Source: a virus
Strand: one strand, 5' to 3'
IMG/VR virus record: IMGVR_UViG_3300014039_000031
Coordinates: 7,725 to 71,724 of that record
Length of the DNA stretch: 64,000 nt
Each line of letters opens with the position of its first letter. The stretch's first letter is position 1. The notes beneath the pieces are model-generated. The model ran no database searches. It was not told the origin of the DNA and saw only the letters and a program-made list of their open reading frames with translations. Position numbers and translations under genes: made by a program. This document shows positions 20,721 through 30,513 of the stretch, piece after piece.

Positions 20721-21431
20721 TTATCTAGTCAATAACTTTTTAGGATACTTGCCGCATGATTTATGTTCTAAGCAATAACCGACTTTGTCACATTTGCATA
20801 GATAAAACATGTCACAAATAGTTTTCCATTCGTCAGAATACTCAGATAGCGCAGTAATAATGTCACGCATAAGCTGCCTAAATTCCCAATAGGCTCTCAT
20901 ACAAAGACGCTGTTCAGCCATACTCATAAGTGTGCGGGCATTGAATCGACAACTAACAGTTGTTGTCATACCAAGAGGAAGAACCATATTAGCATCCTCT
21001 TGCGGAATTCCGCACTCCTGTTGCATATAGGTTGTCGCTTCCGCGATAGCTGACATGCAAGAATCATATTTTTCTTTTGCCTTTGGATTCGCCGCAATCT
21101 TAGGAGGAGTCACATAGTCAAAACCTTGATATTTAATATATCGAGTGCTTGCCTGTAGACGCGTAGGTGCTCCTCCAATACACGTATACAGTTCTCGAAT
21201 CACTTTAGCGGAATATCCTTCAAGAGTGAACCATGCTTCGCCAAATTCCATTGTGCGGAAATGCCCATCTTTTAGACATGAAAGACCTCGCTTATAATTC
21301 TTCTCTGCATCAATTGTATCTGTCCCGTAACATGGGCCAGCCATTTCGCCGATTAGCGTTACTGGTTTCTGGACCGTATTGAAATTAATTGTTACTTTTC
21401 CCATTGACACCTTCCTGACTGTTATATCCAA
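20721..21431 (-). CDS. thyX: Flavin-dependent thymidylate synthase ThyX-like (divergent)
   Basis: TRLQASTRY and NARTLMSMAEQRL...AYWEFR resemble ThyX RHRxxSxxxQSxR / NxRxL...EIR. Confidence 0.5.
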   Translation of the reverse strand: MDITVRKVSMGKVTINFNTVQKPVTLIGEMAGPCYGTDTIDAEKNYKRGLSCLKDGHFRTMEFGEAWFTLEGYSAKVIRELYTCIGGAPTRLQASTRYIKYQGFDYVTPPKIAANPKAKEKYDSCMSAIAEATTYMQQECGIPQEDANMVLPLGMTTTVSCRFNARTLMSMAEQRLCMRAYWEFRQLMRDIITALSEYSDEWKTICDMFYLCKCDKVGYCLEHKSCGKYPKKLLTR

Positions 21432-22263
21432 AATTCACTGCATTGTACATTTTAATATAATATGCTTCTTTTTCGTCTAGTTCTTCTTTAGGACATTGCT
21501 CAACCACTTCAAAAGTAAAAGATTCAAGACCGCAGTCAAGCATTGCCGCATATAATTTATTGTCTTTTGGGGTTTTCATACCACAACCGCATCGACAATG
21601 CTGAGTAAAACGATTTAAAATATCTACAGATTGTCCAACATAGCACATTTGATTATCAATGTTGGTAATCTTATATATGCCGCATACCTTATCAGTTCCA
21701 AGTATATTTGTAAAAAGCTCTTTTGCTTTCTTTTGGTAATATGTAGACCAAATAAGTTTAGATAAAATTTCTGGATTTGTCAAGCGATTTTTAAAAGAGT
21801 TAATCACTTCAATATCTTCTTTATCCGCACGAGAAATAACAATATGATTATCAGTTGTCTTATTTGAATTTTCTCGCTGTAAGACCTCAACAGCCGCAGA
21901 TTTCTGTCGTTGCAATTTATCTAATTCATTTTGAAGCTCTTGGACTTGTTCAATATATTCGGTTTTATTTTGATTGACCTGAATTTGAAAATCTCTAAGA
22001 TTAGATAAAATATTTTCTTTTTCAATCTTTTCGAAATCTTTAAAGCCTTGCTTTTTTTGCTCTTGGACTTCTTTAAGTTCTTTTAGCCTAGCTTTTTCAT
22101 TTTGAATTTGATATTCAATATGCTCTCGCGCAATGAGGATTTCTTTATTATTTTCTTTTACAATATTGATTTTGCGGCGAATGCCTGTGTGTACGCCAAC
22201 TGCATATCCGCATATTGTAATACAGATGACGCACACAAAAGCAATAACAATTTGCACTACCAT
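21385..22263 (-). CDS. Membrane-anchored coiled-coil protein with C-terminal minimal GIY-YIG domain
   Basis: N-terminal TM, long coiled coil, then VCGIYKITNIDNQMCYVGQSVDILNRFTQH. Confidence 0.5.
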   Translation of the reverse strand: MVVQIVIAFVCVICITICGYAVGVHTGIRRKINIVKENNKEILIAREHIEYQIQNEKARLKELKEVQEQKKQGFKDFEKIEKENILSNLRDFQIQVNQNKTEYIEQVQELQNELDKLQRQKSAAVEVLQRENSNKTTDNHIVISRADKEDIEVINSFKNRLTNPEILSKLIWSTYYQKKAKELFTNILGTDKVCGIYKITNIDNQMCYVGQSVDILNRFTQHCRCGCGMKTPKDNKLYAAMLDCGLESFTFEVVEQCPKEELDEKEAYYIKMYNAVNFGYNSQEGVNGKSNN

Positions 22264-22568
22264 TTCTGATTATAATGTTTCTCAATAGTCTTACTGGTAG
22301 TTTCATCTAAGTCGGCAGTGCGGCCTTTATCAGTTAGACGAATATAATTAGTTCCTCCATCTGGTTGAAGCTCGCGCACCGCATATCCACGATTTACAAG
22401 TGAAGAGGTAATCATGCAATTTGCCGCACGCGGCTTCATATCAAGTCCAGCCGCAATATCCTTGAAAGTTAAATCTTCTCCATCATGGTCACGAAGGAAG
22501 CGAACAAGACGTTTAGCATCATGTGAAAATGTTGCTTCTTCTACAAGAATTGTCTTTTTTAATAGCAT
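22257..22568 (-). CDS. Hypothetical protein (possible winged-helix)
   Basis: ORF. Confidence 0.4.
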   Translation of the reverse strand: MLLKKTILVEEATFSHDAKRLVRFLRDHDGEDLTFKDIAAGLDMKPRAANCMITSSLVNRGYAVRELQPDGGTNYIRLTDKGRTADLDETTSKTIEKHYNQKW

Positions 22569-22633
22569 CTGATTCCTTTCTTTCTAAAATACTTTATAAG
22601 TATTATACCATGGGATATTAAAATAGTCAAGAA

Positions 22634-23668
22634 TTATTTGAAGATTTCTTCTAACTTGCAATCGGTAGCTGGCTTGTCCGGTCTAAGCCTATTCAAGTAT
22701 GGATGGCGGAACGTCTTGGCTTCTTTATCGAGACTCATGCAATTAACTTCTACTGTTGTACCGATATATTTATCTGGATTAAGCGCCATAAGGGCTTTCA
22801 TTTCATCTGTAAGCCCAGAAGACACTCGACCAATAGAGACAAGATTACCTGCATTATCATATGCGCCAACACGGATAGCGCCAGCCCAGCCGTAGTACGC
22901 GGCCTTTGTAATTAGATTACCATAACTATCTTTATACTGCCATGTATCAGATTCTTTTCCAGTGTATTCATATTCAGGAGGTAGAATCTCTGTAATCACA
23001 AAATCAATATCATTTTTCGCCTGTTTGATTTTAAACATGACTTTTGGCTGTCGTTTACCAGGAGCATAAAGACCATCTTCAACTCGAAAAACCATACCCT
23101 CCTCGCCACGTGCAAGCATGTCACTTGTGATTTTATCTAAGTTAAGATATGCATTATCATAGCACGATGCTACTTCAAGTTCTGGAATTAGATTTGTCCC
23201 AATATCAATATGCTCACATAGGTTACCATAACGCCTAGAATAATTCACTTGATTCATCACATAATCTTCACCATTATATGCAAGAATATCATGCATATAA
23301 AAATGAATCTTACCATATTCTCCATACTGTCGTTCAATGGCTTTTTCAGGAAGAGCACCAAGCACTGACGTTACATTTTTAGATGTGCCATTGGGGTAAT
23401 AAACTTCTCCAATAATGCATGTACCGTTAGGAAGCTCATTTCTAGCCCACTCTGCTATATGCGGCACTTTCTCAATATTGTCTGAATAGTATCCTGTCTT
23501 CTTTGAAATAGAACGACTATACAGATGTACTTTATTATTGTCTTTAATTAATTGGCTCCAATATCCGTCTTTCTTGACTGTTCCAATTATTGGAACGTTT
23601 TTAAACATTTCCTCATAGTTTTTAGGAGCTTTACCAACAAGCATGGGCGAATAAATATTCAGTGACAT
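22634..23668 (-). CDS. ATP-dependent DNA ligase
   Basis: Motif I TVKKDGYW, motif V-like FRHPYLNRLRPDK. Confidence 0.65.
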   Translation of the reverse strand: MSLNIYSPMLVGKAPKNYEEMFKNVPIIGTVKKDGYWSQLIKDNNKVHLYSRSISKKTGYYSDNIEKVPHIAEWARNELPNGTCIIGEVYYPNGTSKNVTSVLGALPEKAIERQYGEYGKIHFYMHDILAYNGEDYVMNQVNYSRRYGNLCEHIDIGTNLIPELEVASCYDNAYLNLDKITSDMLARGEEGMVFRVEDGLYAPGKRQPKVMFKIKQAKNDIDFVITEILPPEYEYTGKESDTWQYKDSYGNLITKAAYYGWAGAIRVGAYDNAGNLVSIGRVSSGLTDEMKALMALNPDKYIGTTVEVNCMSLDKEAKTFRHPYLNRLRPDKPATDCKLEEIFK

Positions 23669-23697
23669 ATTCCTCCAATAAAAAGAAAAAGGATGGA

Positions 23698-25572
23698 CTA
23701 GAGCTTAGTCCCTCGTCCACCCTTATTTGCTATTTTACCTGTAAAGTTTTGCGGCTCAGTTATTGTCATGGATACAATCTTATCATCATCGTCTAGCTTA
23801 ATGCCGCACATGCCGCCAGACCTGATACTACTTGCTCGCACACTATCTGCCTTAAAACTAATCTCTCTCTTGGAAGAGGTAAGTGTTACGATACACCCAT
23901 TAGTCTCTTGGATAGATACTATATCCACATCAGTTTTAGCGGCAACGATTCCACGCTTATTGCGCACACCTTTAGCAAATTGTTTTCCTTCACACTTTTT
24001 AACTTTGCCATCAGCCATTGCAAACATCAGATAAGGCTTGCTATCACGGAAATAGCTATCGTGCGCATAGATAATTTTTTCATCCTTATCTAAATTAATG
24101 ATAGCGCCAATTGCTGTACCCTTATCCTTTGGGCCGCACTCTTTAATATCCGCAGGTGAAATACGGTAAAACTTACCCTTATTTGAGAATAGAGCAATCA
24201 TCCTATCTTCTGCAATGCTAAATGCAGCGAAACCGTTATTTTTGAATTTAGAAGGAGAAACCTTTTGTAGATAACCAAGAGGATTAAAAACAATTACGAA
24301 GTTCTTAATTTCCTTTGAAGCAGAAGACTTGGCTTTCTTTGTCTTTGTAATCTCCTTTTGGACTACTTTAGTCCGACGAGGAGTACTATATTTTTTATCC
24401 ATATCTTTCAGCTTTTTTAAAAATACTTTATCAAGTTCTTTTTTATCATTTAAAATTAAATCGCATTTTGCAATAATTTCGCTCTTTTCTGTTAGCTCTT
24501 TTTCAATTGACTGCGTATCCAGTTTAGTCAGCTTCATTAACGGCATTGAAAGAATTGATTTGATTTGCTTATCTGTAAAGTTAAACTCATTTTTAAGCCC
24601 ATTTGCCGCATTAGCTTTATCATTTGAACCGCGAATAATCTCAATGATTATATCAATATTCGTTAAGGCAAATTTTAATCCCTCTAAGATTTCTTTTCTT
24701 TGAGCCGCGAGATTTTTATCATATTCAGCTTCGCGTTTAAGGCACTCAAAACAATGAGACAAGTATTCATCAACTGTCTGCTGTAGATTTAATAAAACAG
24801 GAGTTTTACTGATAATGCCATTCTGATTGACATTATACTGTGACCTTAAAGGTGTTGACTGAAATAGCTGCTGCAATACTTTTTCTGCCGCATACCCTCG
24901 TTGACATTCTACAACTAAAGCAATGCCATTCTTATCACTCTTATTATATACATCTTTAATACCAATTAAATCTTCTGATTCGATTAGCTCTTTAATCTTT
25001 ACAATTAAAGGTTCAATGTATACTTGATATGGCATTTCAGTAAAAGTAATTTCGTTGCCGTCAATAGTATATGTAGCTTCTACAATTACTTTACCTTTTC
25101 CAGTTTCATTGATTGAAGATAATTCATCCTTATTGACGATTGTACAGCCAGTAGGAAAATCAGGGTAGTATTCCTCTGCTTCAAATTTACCAGTTTTAAC
25201 GTACTTACCGATTAAGTTAATAGTTTCTTTAAGGTTGTGCGGCAACCAATTATTTGCAATTGAAACACCGATACCTTGAGCGCCATTGACAAGAAGTCTA
25301 GGAAAATATGATGGTAATACTACTGGCATATATTCATCTTCGCTGAAATTCAAAACCATTGGAACTGTATTTTTTTCAATTCCATTTAACATGAATTCTT
25401 CTGTGATTTTAGAAAGACGCGCTTCTGTATATCGGTCCGCAGCAATTGCGTCTCCGCCCAAAATTACGTTACCATTTGCACCATGGAAATCAACCTCTGG
25501 TACATTGTTTGTAAAAGGCTGAGACATGCGTGCGAAAGTTTCATAAATCGCTTGAGTCAATTTTGTTATCAT
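23698..25572 (-). CDS. Type II topoisomerase A subunit (GyrA/ParC-like) exon 2
   Basis: AIYETFARMSQPF... continues GyrA after HPHGD. Confidence 0.8.
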   Translation of the reverse strand: MITKLTQAIYETFARMSQPFTNNVPEVDFHGANGNVILGGDAIAADRYTEARLSKITEEFMLNGIEKNTVPMVLNFSEDEYMPVVLPSYFPRLLVNGAQGIGVSIANNWLPHNLKETINLIGKYVKTGKFEAEEYYPDFPTGCTIVNKDELSSINETGKGKVIVEATYTIDGNEITFTEMPYQVYIEPLIVKIKELIESEDLIGIKDVYNKSDKNGIALVVECQRGYAAEKVLQQLFQSTPLRSQYNVNQNGIISKTPVLLNLQQTVDEYLSHCFECLKREAEYDKNLAAQRKEILEGLKFALTNIDIIIEIIRGSNDKANAANGLKNEFNFTDKQIKSILSMPLMKLTKLDTQSIEKELTEKSEIIAKCDLILNDKKELDKVFLKKLKDMDKKYSTPRRTKVVQKEITKTKKAKSSASKEIKNFVIVFNPLGYLQKVSPSKFKNNGFAAFSIAEDRMIALFSNKGKFYRISPADIKECGPKDKGTAIGAIINLDKDEKIIYAHDSYFRDSKPYLMFAMADGKVKKCEGKQFAKGVRNKRGIVAAKTDVDIVSIQETNGCIVTLTSSKREISFKADSVRASSIRSGGMCGIKLDDDDKIVSMTITEPQNFTGKIANKGGRGTKL

Positions 25573-26926
25573 AAAGGCTTTTTATCCTTTATTTCTTATA
25601 GTTTCCTATAAGTTCGGCATATCTTTTCTACTTAATAATTTAAGTAGCCGCTGACTCTTGGAAGAATTATATTCTGTAATTACAGTTTCATCTTCTATGC
25701 TCTGCCCCTGACTAATATTTTATTACTAGCCTTCGGTTCGGATTAGCATATTCAATATTAATTTAATATTAAACTTAGCCTTCCCGCTTAATTCAGCAGT
25801 TTTAGCACGGCACGCGCTAAATCATATTTTCTATCTAAATAAATAGGACAATTTTCTGGATATAGCAGTTCTAATACGTTTTTGGTTCCCTCTCGGCAAG
25901 TTGTTTGCCAATAATATAAATCTGAACCAATACTTTCGCTATGAGCTTTTGGCTTTGCATGTTCCATTTTATGAGGAAAATACTCTTTTAAAACGCTGCT
26001 AATATAATTACAAACTTCTTCTGAACCAACTACACCCATTCTTAAATCTCTTGTAGTGGGTTTTCTAATCCATCCATCGCCGTCAATAATACCTCTAATA
26101 TAATTTAATTCAAGCTCTCTATCATTAAAAATAAATGGCTTTTCTTTTAGGCTTTTTCTTGGAGTAATATTATATTTTTGTAAGTCTTTACATAAATCAG
26201 TACTGCAAACATCAATAACCCAACAAAGATTATTCCTGTCATAAGCACCGCCATAGCAAGGTTTAATAACTTCATTTAATTTTTCTTTTGGATATTGTAA
26301 AAACTTAGCAAATTTATATACGTGTTCTTTGTCTTTATCTCCAAGACGAACCGTAACGTTATATGAAATATAATCTTTTGAATTCCCTTTGATTTTATTT
26401 TCAATAATACAACCATCTGCTAATAAGAAACCAAGCCAATATGCCATTTCTGGAGTTGGTTCTTCTCTAAAAATATCTCTTTTAAAATTGTATTTATATC
26501 TAACTGTATCCTCGTATCCAAGAACCTCTAGCCAATGACTAAAAACTCCATTTTGAGATATATTATATTTATCTCTAATTTCTTTTTTAGTAATATTAGG
26601 ATTATTTATATATTCTTGAATTGCTTCCCATTCTTTTGGTTCAAAATAATAGCAATATCCATTGTCTTCTTTTGGAAATACTAATTCTTTATACTTATCT
26701 TTCCAAGTTAATTTACAAAAACTATGCCTATCTATTTTAAACATATCTGCTACTTTTGATTTTGACAAACCTTTTTCATTCTCTTCCATATAAAACTTAG
26801 TTGCTTCATAGGTTGATACTTTTACTGCTTTCATATTTATATCCTTTCTTATATTATTTATCGCTATATAATATAAAAAATAGATATACAAAATAATAGA
26901 GATATGCCCATAAAAAATATAATCTA
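25573..26926 (-). mobile_element. Intervening sequence in topo A gene carrying LAGLIDADG homing endonuclease (inserted at HPHGD codons)
   Basis: Exon 1 ends ...WWPHG, exon 2 resumes AIYETF; stops flank. Confidence 0.55.
25788..26891 (-). CDS. LAGLIDADG homing endonuclease (double motif)
   Basis: YWLGFLLADGCI and IRGIIDGDGWI. Confidence 0.8.
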   Translation of the reverse strand: MYIYFLYYIAINNIRKDINMKAVKVSTYEATKFYMEENEKGLSKSKVADMFKIDRHSFCKLTWKDKYKELVFPKEDNGYCYYFEPKEWEAIQEYINNPNITKKEIRDKYNISQNGVFSHWLEVLGYEDTVRYKYNFKRDIFREEPTPEMAYWLGFLLADGCIIENKIKGNSKDYISYNVTVRLGDKDKEHVYKFAKFLQYPKEKLNEVIKPCYGGAYDRNNLCWVIDVCSTDLCKDLQKYNITPRKSLKEKPFIFNDRELELNYIRGIIDGDGWIRKPTTRDLRMGVVGSEEVCNYISSVLKEYFPHKMEHAKPKAHSESIGSDLYYWQTTCREGTKNVLELLYPENCPIYLDRKYDLARAVLKLLN

Positions 26927-27160
26927 TTAGTTAATTCTACCGTGTGGCCACCATAATGCTGCTACACCGCCATCAATCTTAGCAGACTTTACGTGTGGTT
27001 TGTCATTGGTATACTTCTTAGTATACATTTCCCAAAGAATACATCTTTGGCCTGGTTTCAAACCGTCTTTCACGTTTGGGAACGCGCGATTGGCATTTAC
27101 GTCATAAGAACTATCAACAAAATTCTGTTGAACTACGTCAATAATGTCTGCTTTATCCAA
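26927..27160 (-). CDS. Type II topoisomerase A subunit exon 1
   Basis: RAFPNVKDGLKPGQRCILW...HG = GyrA N-terminus. Confidence 0.7.
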   Translation of the reverse strand: MDKADIIDVVQQNFVDSSYDVNANRAFPNVKDGLKPGQRCILWEMYTKKYTNDKPHVKSAKIDGGVAALWWPHGRIN

Positions 27161-29063
27161 TATTTGCCTCCTCTAAATGTTGTTCAAGAAATTTTACTCG
27201 TGGTTCTACTTTCTTTCCATATAGGTCATTAAACATATCTGCTGTTTTTTCTATATCAAACACCGTAAGCAATTTCATATTTCTTGTTTCTGGCTCTAAC
27301 AAGCAGTATGCAAGTTCATTTGCGTCTTGTTCGCCTAATCCTTTCATCCTTGTTATTGCTTTTATTTTACTAGAATATTTTTCTTTATATTTTTGTAAAG
27401 CAATATCATTCTTCAAATAAATATATTCATTCTTTTTAGTAATAACTCTAAACAATGGTGGCTCGGAACAATAGACGTGACCATTAATAATCAATTCTGG
27501 ACAAATATACCAAAATATATTTAACATAAGATTTGAAATCGCTTCGCCATCAAAATCTGCATCTGTTGCTGTAATAATTTTCCCATAACGAAGAGATTTT
27601 TTATCATATTTACACTTTGCTGTTTTTGGGTCAAACTCTAATCCAAGAGCTTGAATTAGATTATTGATTTCTTGATTCTTAATAATAGTCTCTGGTTTTG
27701 CCTTTAGTACAGAAAGCATTTTTCCTCTAACTCCATAAACAGCTTGGAACTTAGAATCTCTACCAGCAACCATATTTGAAGATGCACTTCGACCCTCTGT
27801 TAAATATAATTCACAGATAGAACGGTCTTTAGACCAACAATCAGACAAACTTGTTGGCATTTTTAAAAAGTTATTACCACGCTTTTTATTATTCTTAACC
27901 GCTGCGCGAGCTTTCTTCGCTGCTTCTGCCGCACGTTTAGCCACAATGGCTTTCTCAAGAATGGCTTTTGCATCTGTTGGATTATTATCTAACCACACTT
28001 CAAGCTGTTCACCAAGAGTAGAAGTAAAAGATGTATCTACATCAATAATATCATCTTTAACTTGCGCGTTATATTTAACGCCTTTACTATCGATATTGCA
28101 TACAAGAATTAATCCTTCTTGAATTGCCGCACCATCTAGATTCTTTTCTTTGTCTTTAAGAAGATTATTTACTCTAGCCCATGAATTAAATACGCGGGTT
28201 AACGTTGATTTAATCCCTGTAATATGCGGCCCAGACGATGTTAAACCATAATTTACATATGAGACAATCTTAGATTGACTACTGGATGTAAAAGTCATGG
28301 CAAGACGAATATTATCCTCATTCATCACAAAATGATTTGAAACAATTTCAGTATCATTGCCACGCTTTTCATCTAACATGTCTTCAATACTATCATGTGC
28401 AATTTCAACACCATTTAAAACAACTTTAAGAGTGGGACAAATGCACGTAATATCATTGAAAAACTTTTTGAAGTGCGCAATAGATGTTTTATCTGTACCA
28501 AAAAATTGTCCATCTGGTAGATACTCTACATATGTACCAGAATGTCCTTTATCAATACCAGAGTTATGTCCAGTAATAATACCATCTTTGAATTCAATCT
28601 GTTCATATTTACCATCACAGACTGTTCGTGCCTTAAGACATTTAGAAAGAAACGTAACTAATTTACTTCCTAATCCGTTAAGGCCAAGACTAGACCCCTC
28701 ATAAACACCATCATCTGTATACTTACCAGAGGTATTCATCGTATCAAAAGCAGCCTGAAATACAGTCTTACCATCATCACGCTTTTGATTCACAAGAAAA
28801 CCTTGTGCATAATCTTGGATTGAACATACACCGGTTTTATCATCAATAGATACTTCAATTACATTACCATGTCCGATATTATGTTCATCTAACGCATTGC
28901 TGAATAGTTCCAACATTAACTGATTTGGAGTAGATGTGTCGCCGCAGTACATTGATGGACGTTTACGCACATGCTCACGTGGAGTTAGTGATTGAATTGA
29001 ATCTTCCGTATAAGAATTGCTTTTTAAGTTACTTCTCAAATTACTCTCCTTTCTTTTATACAA
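27153..29063 (-). CDS. Type II topoisomerase ATPase subunit (GyrB/T4 gp39-like)
   Basis: GHKL ELFSNALDE, TOPRIM ELYLTEGRSASS. Confidence 0.85.
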   Translation of the reverse strand: MYKRKESNLRSNLKSNSYTEDSIQSLTPREHVRKRPSMYCGDTSTPNQLMLELFSNALDEHNIGHGNVIEVSIDDKTGVCSIQDYAQGFLVNQKRDDGKTVFQAAFDTMNTSGKYTDDGVYEGSSLGLNGLGSKLVTFLSKCLKARTVCDGKYEQIEFKDGIITGHNSGIDKGHSGTYVEYLPDGQFFGTDKTSIAHFKKFFNDITCICPTLKVVLNGVEIAHDSIEDMLDEKRGNDTEIVSNHFVMNEDNIRLAMTFTSSSQSKIVSYVNYGLTSSGPHITGIKSTLTRVFNSWARVNNLLKDKEKNLDGAAIQEGLILVCNIDSKGVKYNAQVKDDIIDVDTSFTSTLGEQLEVWLDNNPTDAKAILEKAIVAKRAAEAAKKARAAVKNNKKRGNNFLKMPTSLSDCWSKDRSICELYLTEGRSASSNMVAGRDSKFQAVYGVRGKMLSVLKAKPETIIKNQEINNLIQALGLEFDPKTAKCKYDKKSLRYGKIITATDADFDGEAISNLMLNIFWYICPELIINGHVYCSEPPLFRVITKKNEYIYLKNDIALQKYKEKYSSKIKAITRMKGLGEQDANELAYCLLEPETRNMKLLTVFDIEKTADMFNDLYGKKVEPRVKFLEQHLEEANIG

Positions 29064-29093
29064 GCATTATATCAAATATCATTTATTTTGTCA

Positions 29094-29130
29094 AATAAAA
29101 AGCGCAAGATAGGTTTTTCTATCTTGCGCT
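29094..29130 (-). terminator. Intrinsic terminator
   Basis: agcgcaagatag/ctatcttgcgct hairpin + U-run. Confidence 0.6.
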
Positions 29131-29158
29131 TAACCGTAATCTATTCTGATTGATTAAC

Positions 29159-29581
29159 TTATTTATTTAATTTTTCACGTGTCTTAATCTCATTCTCACA
29201 AAAAATATGAAAATTATTTTTCATATTCTGATACCTCTTTTGCTCTCGCCTATATTGTTCATTAATCATCTTTGCTTCACGGCAAGCAACATTGAAGGCA
29301 TCCATACCATCCGCCGCATTCATTTCACCAAGAGCAGATACAATATGATTGACTCCCTCAGCTCGTCCCTTCATAACCTTTAGACGCTCTGCGGCCATAG
29401 CCAAACGATTCTTATAATCCGCAATTTCCCAACCAATCCACTTATTGGCATTTTTCTTGTCCTCTTGGTCTGGTGCCGCATAAGAAGTAAACATTCCCCA
29501 TTTAGACGAACGAGTTACAGTTGCAACTTTAGTATCATCATCCCAAGAGCAATCAATAATTCGAGAGTGAGCCATTTGCAA
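29159..29581 (-). CDS. Hypothetical protein
   Basis: ORF. Confidence 0.4.
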   Translation of the reverse strand: MQMAHSRIIDCSWDDDTKVATVTRSSKWGMFTSYAAPDQEDKKNANKWIGWEIADYKNRLAMAAERLKVMKGRAEGVNHIVSALGEMNAADGMDAFNVACREAKMINEQYRREQKRYQNMKNNFHIFCENEIKTREKLNK

Positions 29582-30440
29582 TTTCCCTTTCTGTATATTT
29601 TGTCATAATATTAACTAAAAAATTATCTAAAAAGTCATTCGCGGCAATATTTTCTTTAGGTACACCAAAAGTAAAGCTAGGTTTCTCACTTTCAGCATCT
29701 TCAATAATAGCTTTCATGTTATGCACATATTCATCACAACGTGCTTTTGCTTCTTCTGGTGTTAAGGAAATCCTATAACGCTTAATATCCATCATTTCAT
29801 CTCGTACTTTATGAGAGTTAACGCGAATAGCTTTACTGAAAGGAACGCCTGAGCAATATTTAAAAATGAAATTATATAATCGAATAATATGCTGCAACTC
29901 TTTTGCCACATATCCATGCTTTTCAATCAATTCATGGTTAGCAGGAGAATCATGGCAGATTTTAGATGCTTTTTCACGAGCCATTCCAAGAGAAGAAGCA
30001 AGAACCTTATGCGGGTTAATGTTGGCAATTTCATCAACTTTAGAACAAAGAAGGTTCCATTCATTTTTATACACAGGGTTTACATAAACGTAATCTGTGC
30101 ATAAGATTTCAAGGAAATTAATATTGGCCTTGCGGAAAATGCGAAAATAGTCACGAATATCTTTTAATGTACAATGCTCATTATTGGCTAAAACTTCAAC
30201 TTTGTTAATAGATTTGCGGCCAAGGAACAAATCATCAAGTTTTGGGAATACAAGCATTTTTGTATCAACATCAGACGATTCATCAAAAAGACCATAATTC
30301 ATAGAGCCATTTGCCGCACAGACGAACATTTCCACTCCATCATATTTATGAGTCTCTTGGACTTCTTTTACATGAGCTTCAACACGTTTCTGAATGTCCC
30401 AATCATCTTTATACATATAATTCTCCTTTCTTTTAGACAA
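29553..30440 (-). CDS. Nucleotidyltransferase-fold protein (Pol-beta-like NTase)
   Basis: GS...DxD: CAANGSMNYGLFDESSDVDTK. Confidence 0.45.
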   Translation of the reverse strand: MSKRKENYMYKDDWDIQKRVEAHVKEVQETHKYDGVEMFVCAANGSMNYGLFDESSDVDTKMLVFPKLDDLFLGRKSINKVEVLANNEHCTLKDIRDYFRIFRKANINFLEILCTDYVYVNPVYKNEWNLLCSKVDEIANINPHKVLASSLGMAREKASKICHDSPANHELIEKHGYVAKELQHIIRLYNFIFKYCSGVPFSKAIRVNSHKVRDEMMDIKRYRISLTPEEAKARCDEYVHNMKAIIEDAESEKPSFTFGVPKENIAANDFLDNFLVNIMTKYTEREIANGSLSNY

Positions 30441-30470
30441 TTATATAATATTATATATATTTTGTCAAAT

Positions 30471-30494
30471 AAAAAAGGGAGTCCGAAGACTCCC
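30471..30494 (-). terminator. Intrinsic terminator after Ro60 gene
   Basis: gggagtc cgaa gactccc hairpin + U-run on minus strand. Confidence 0.6.
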
Positions 30495-30513
30495 CATCAA
30501 AAGAAAGAAGAAA

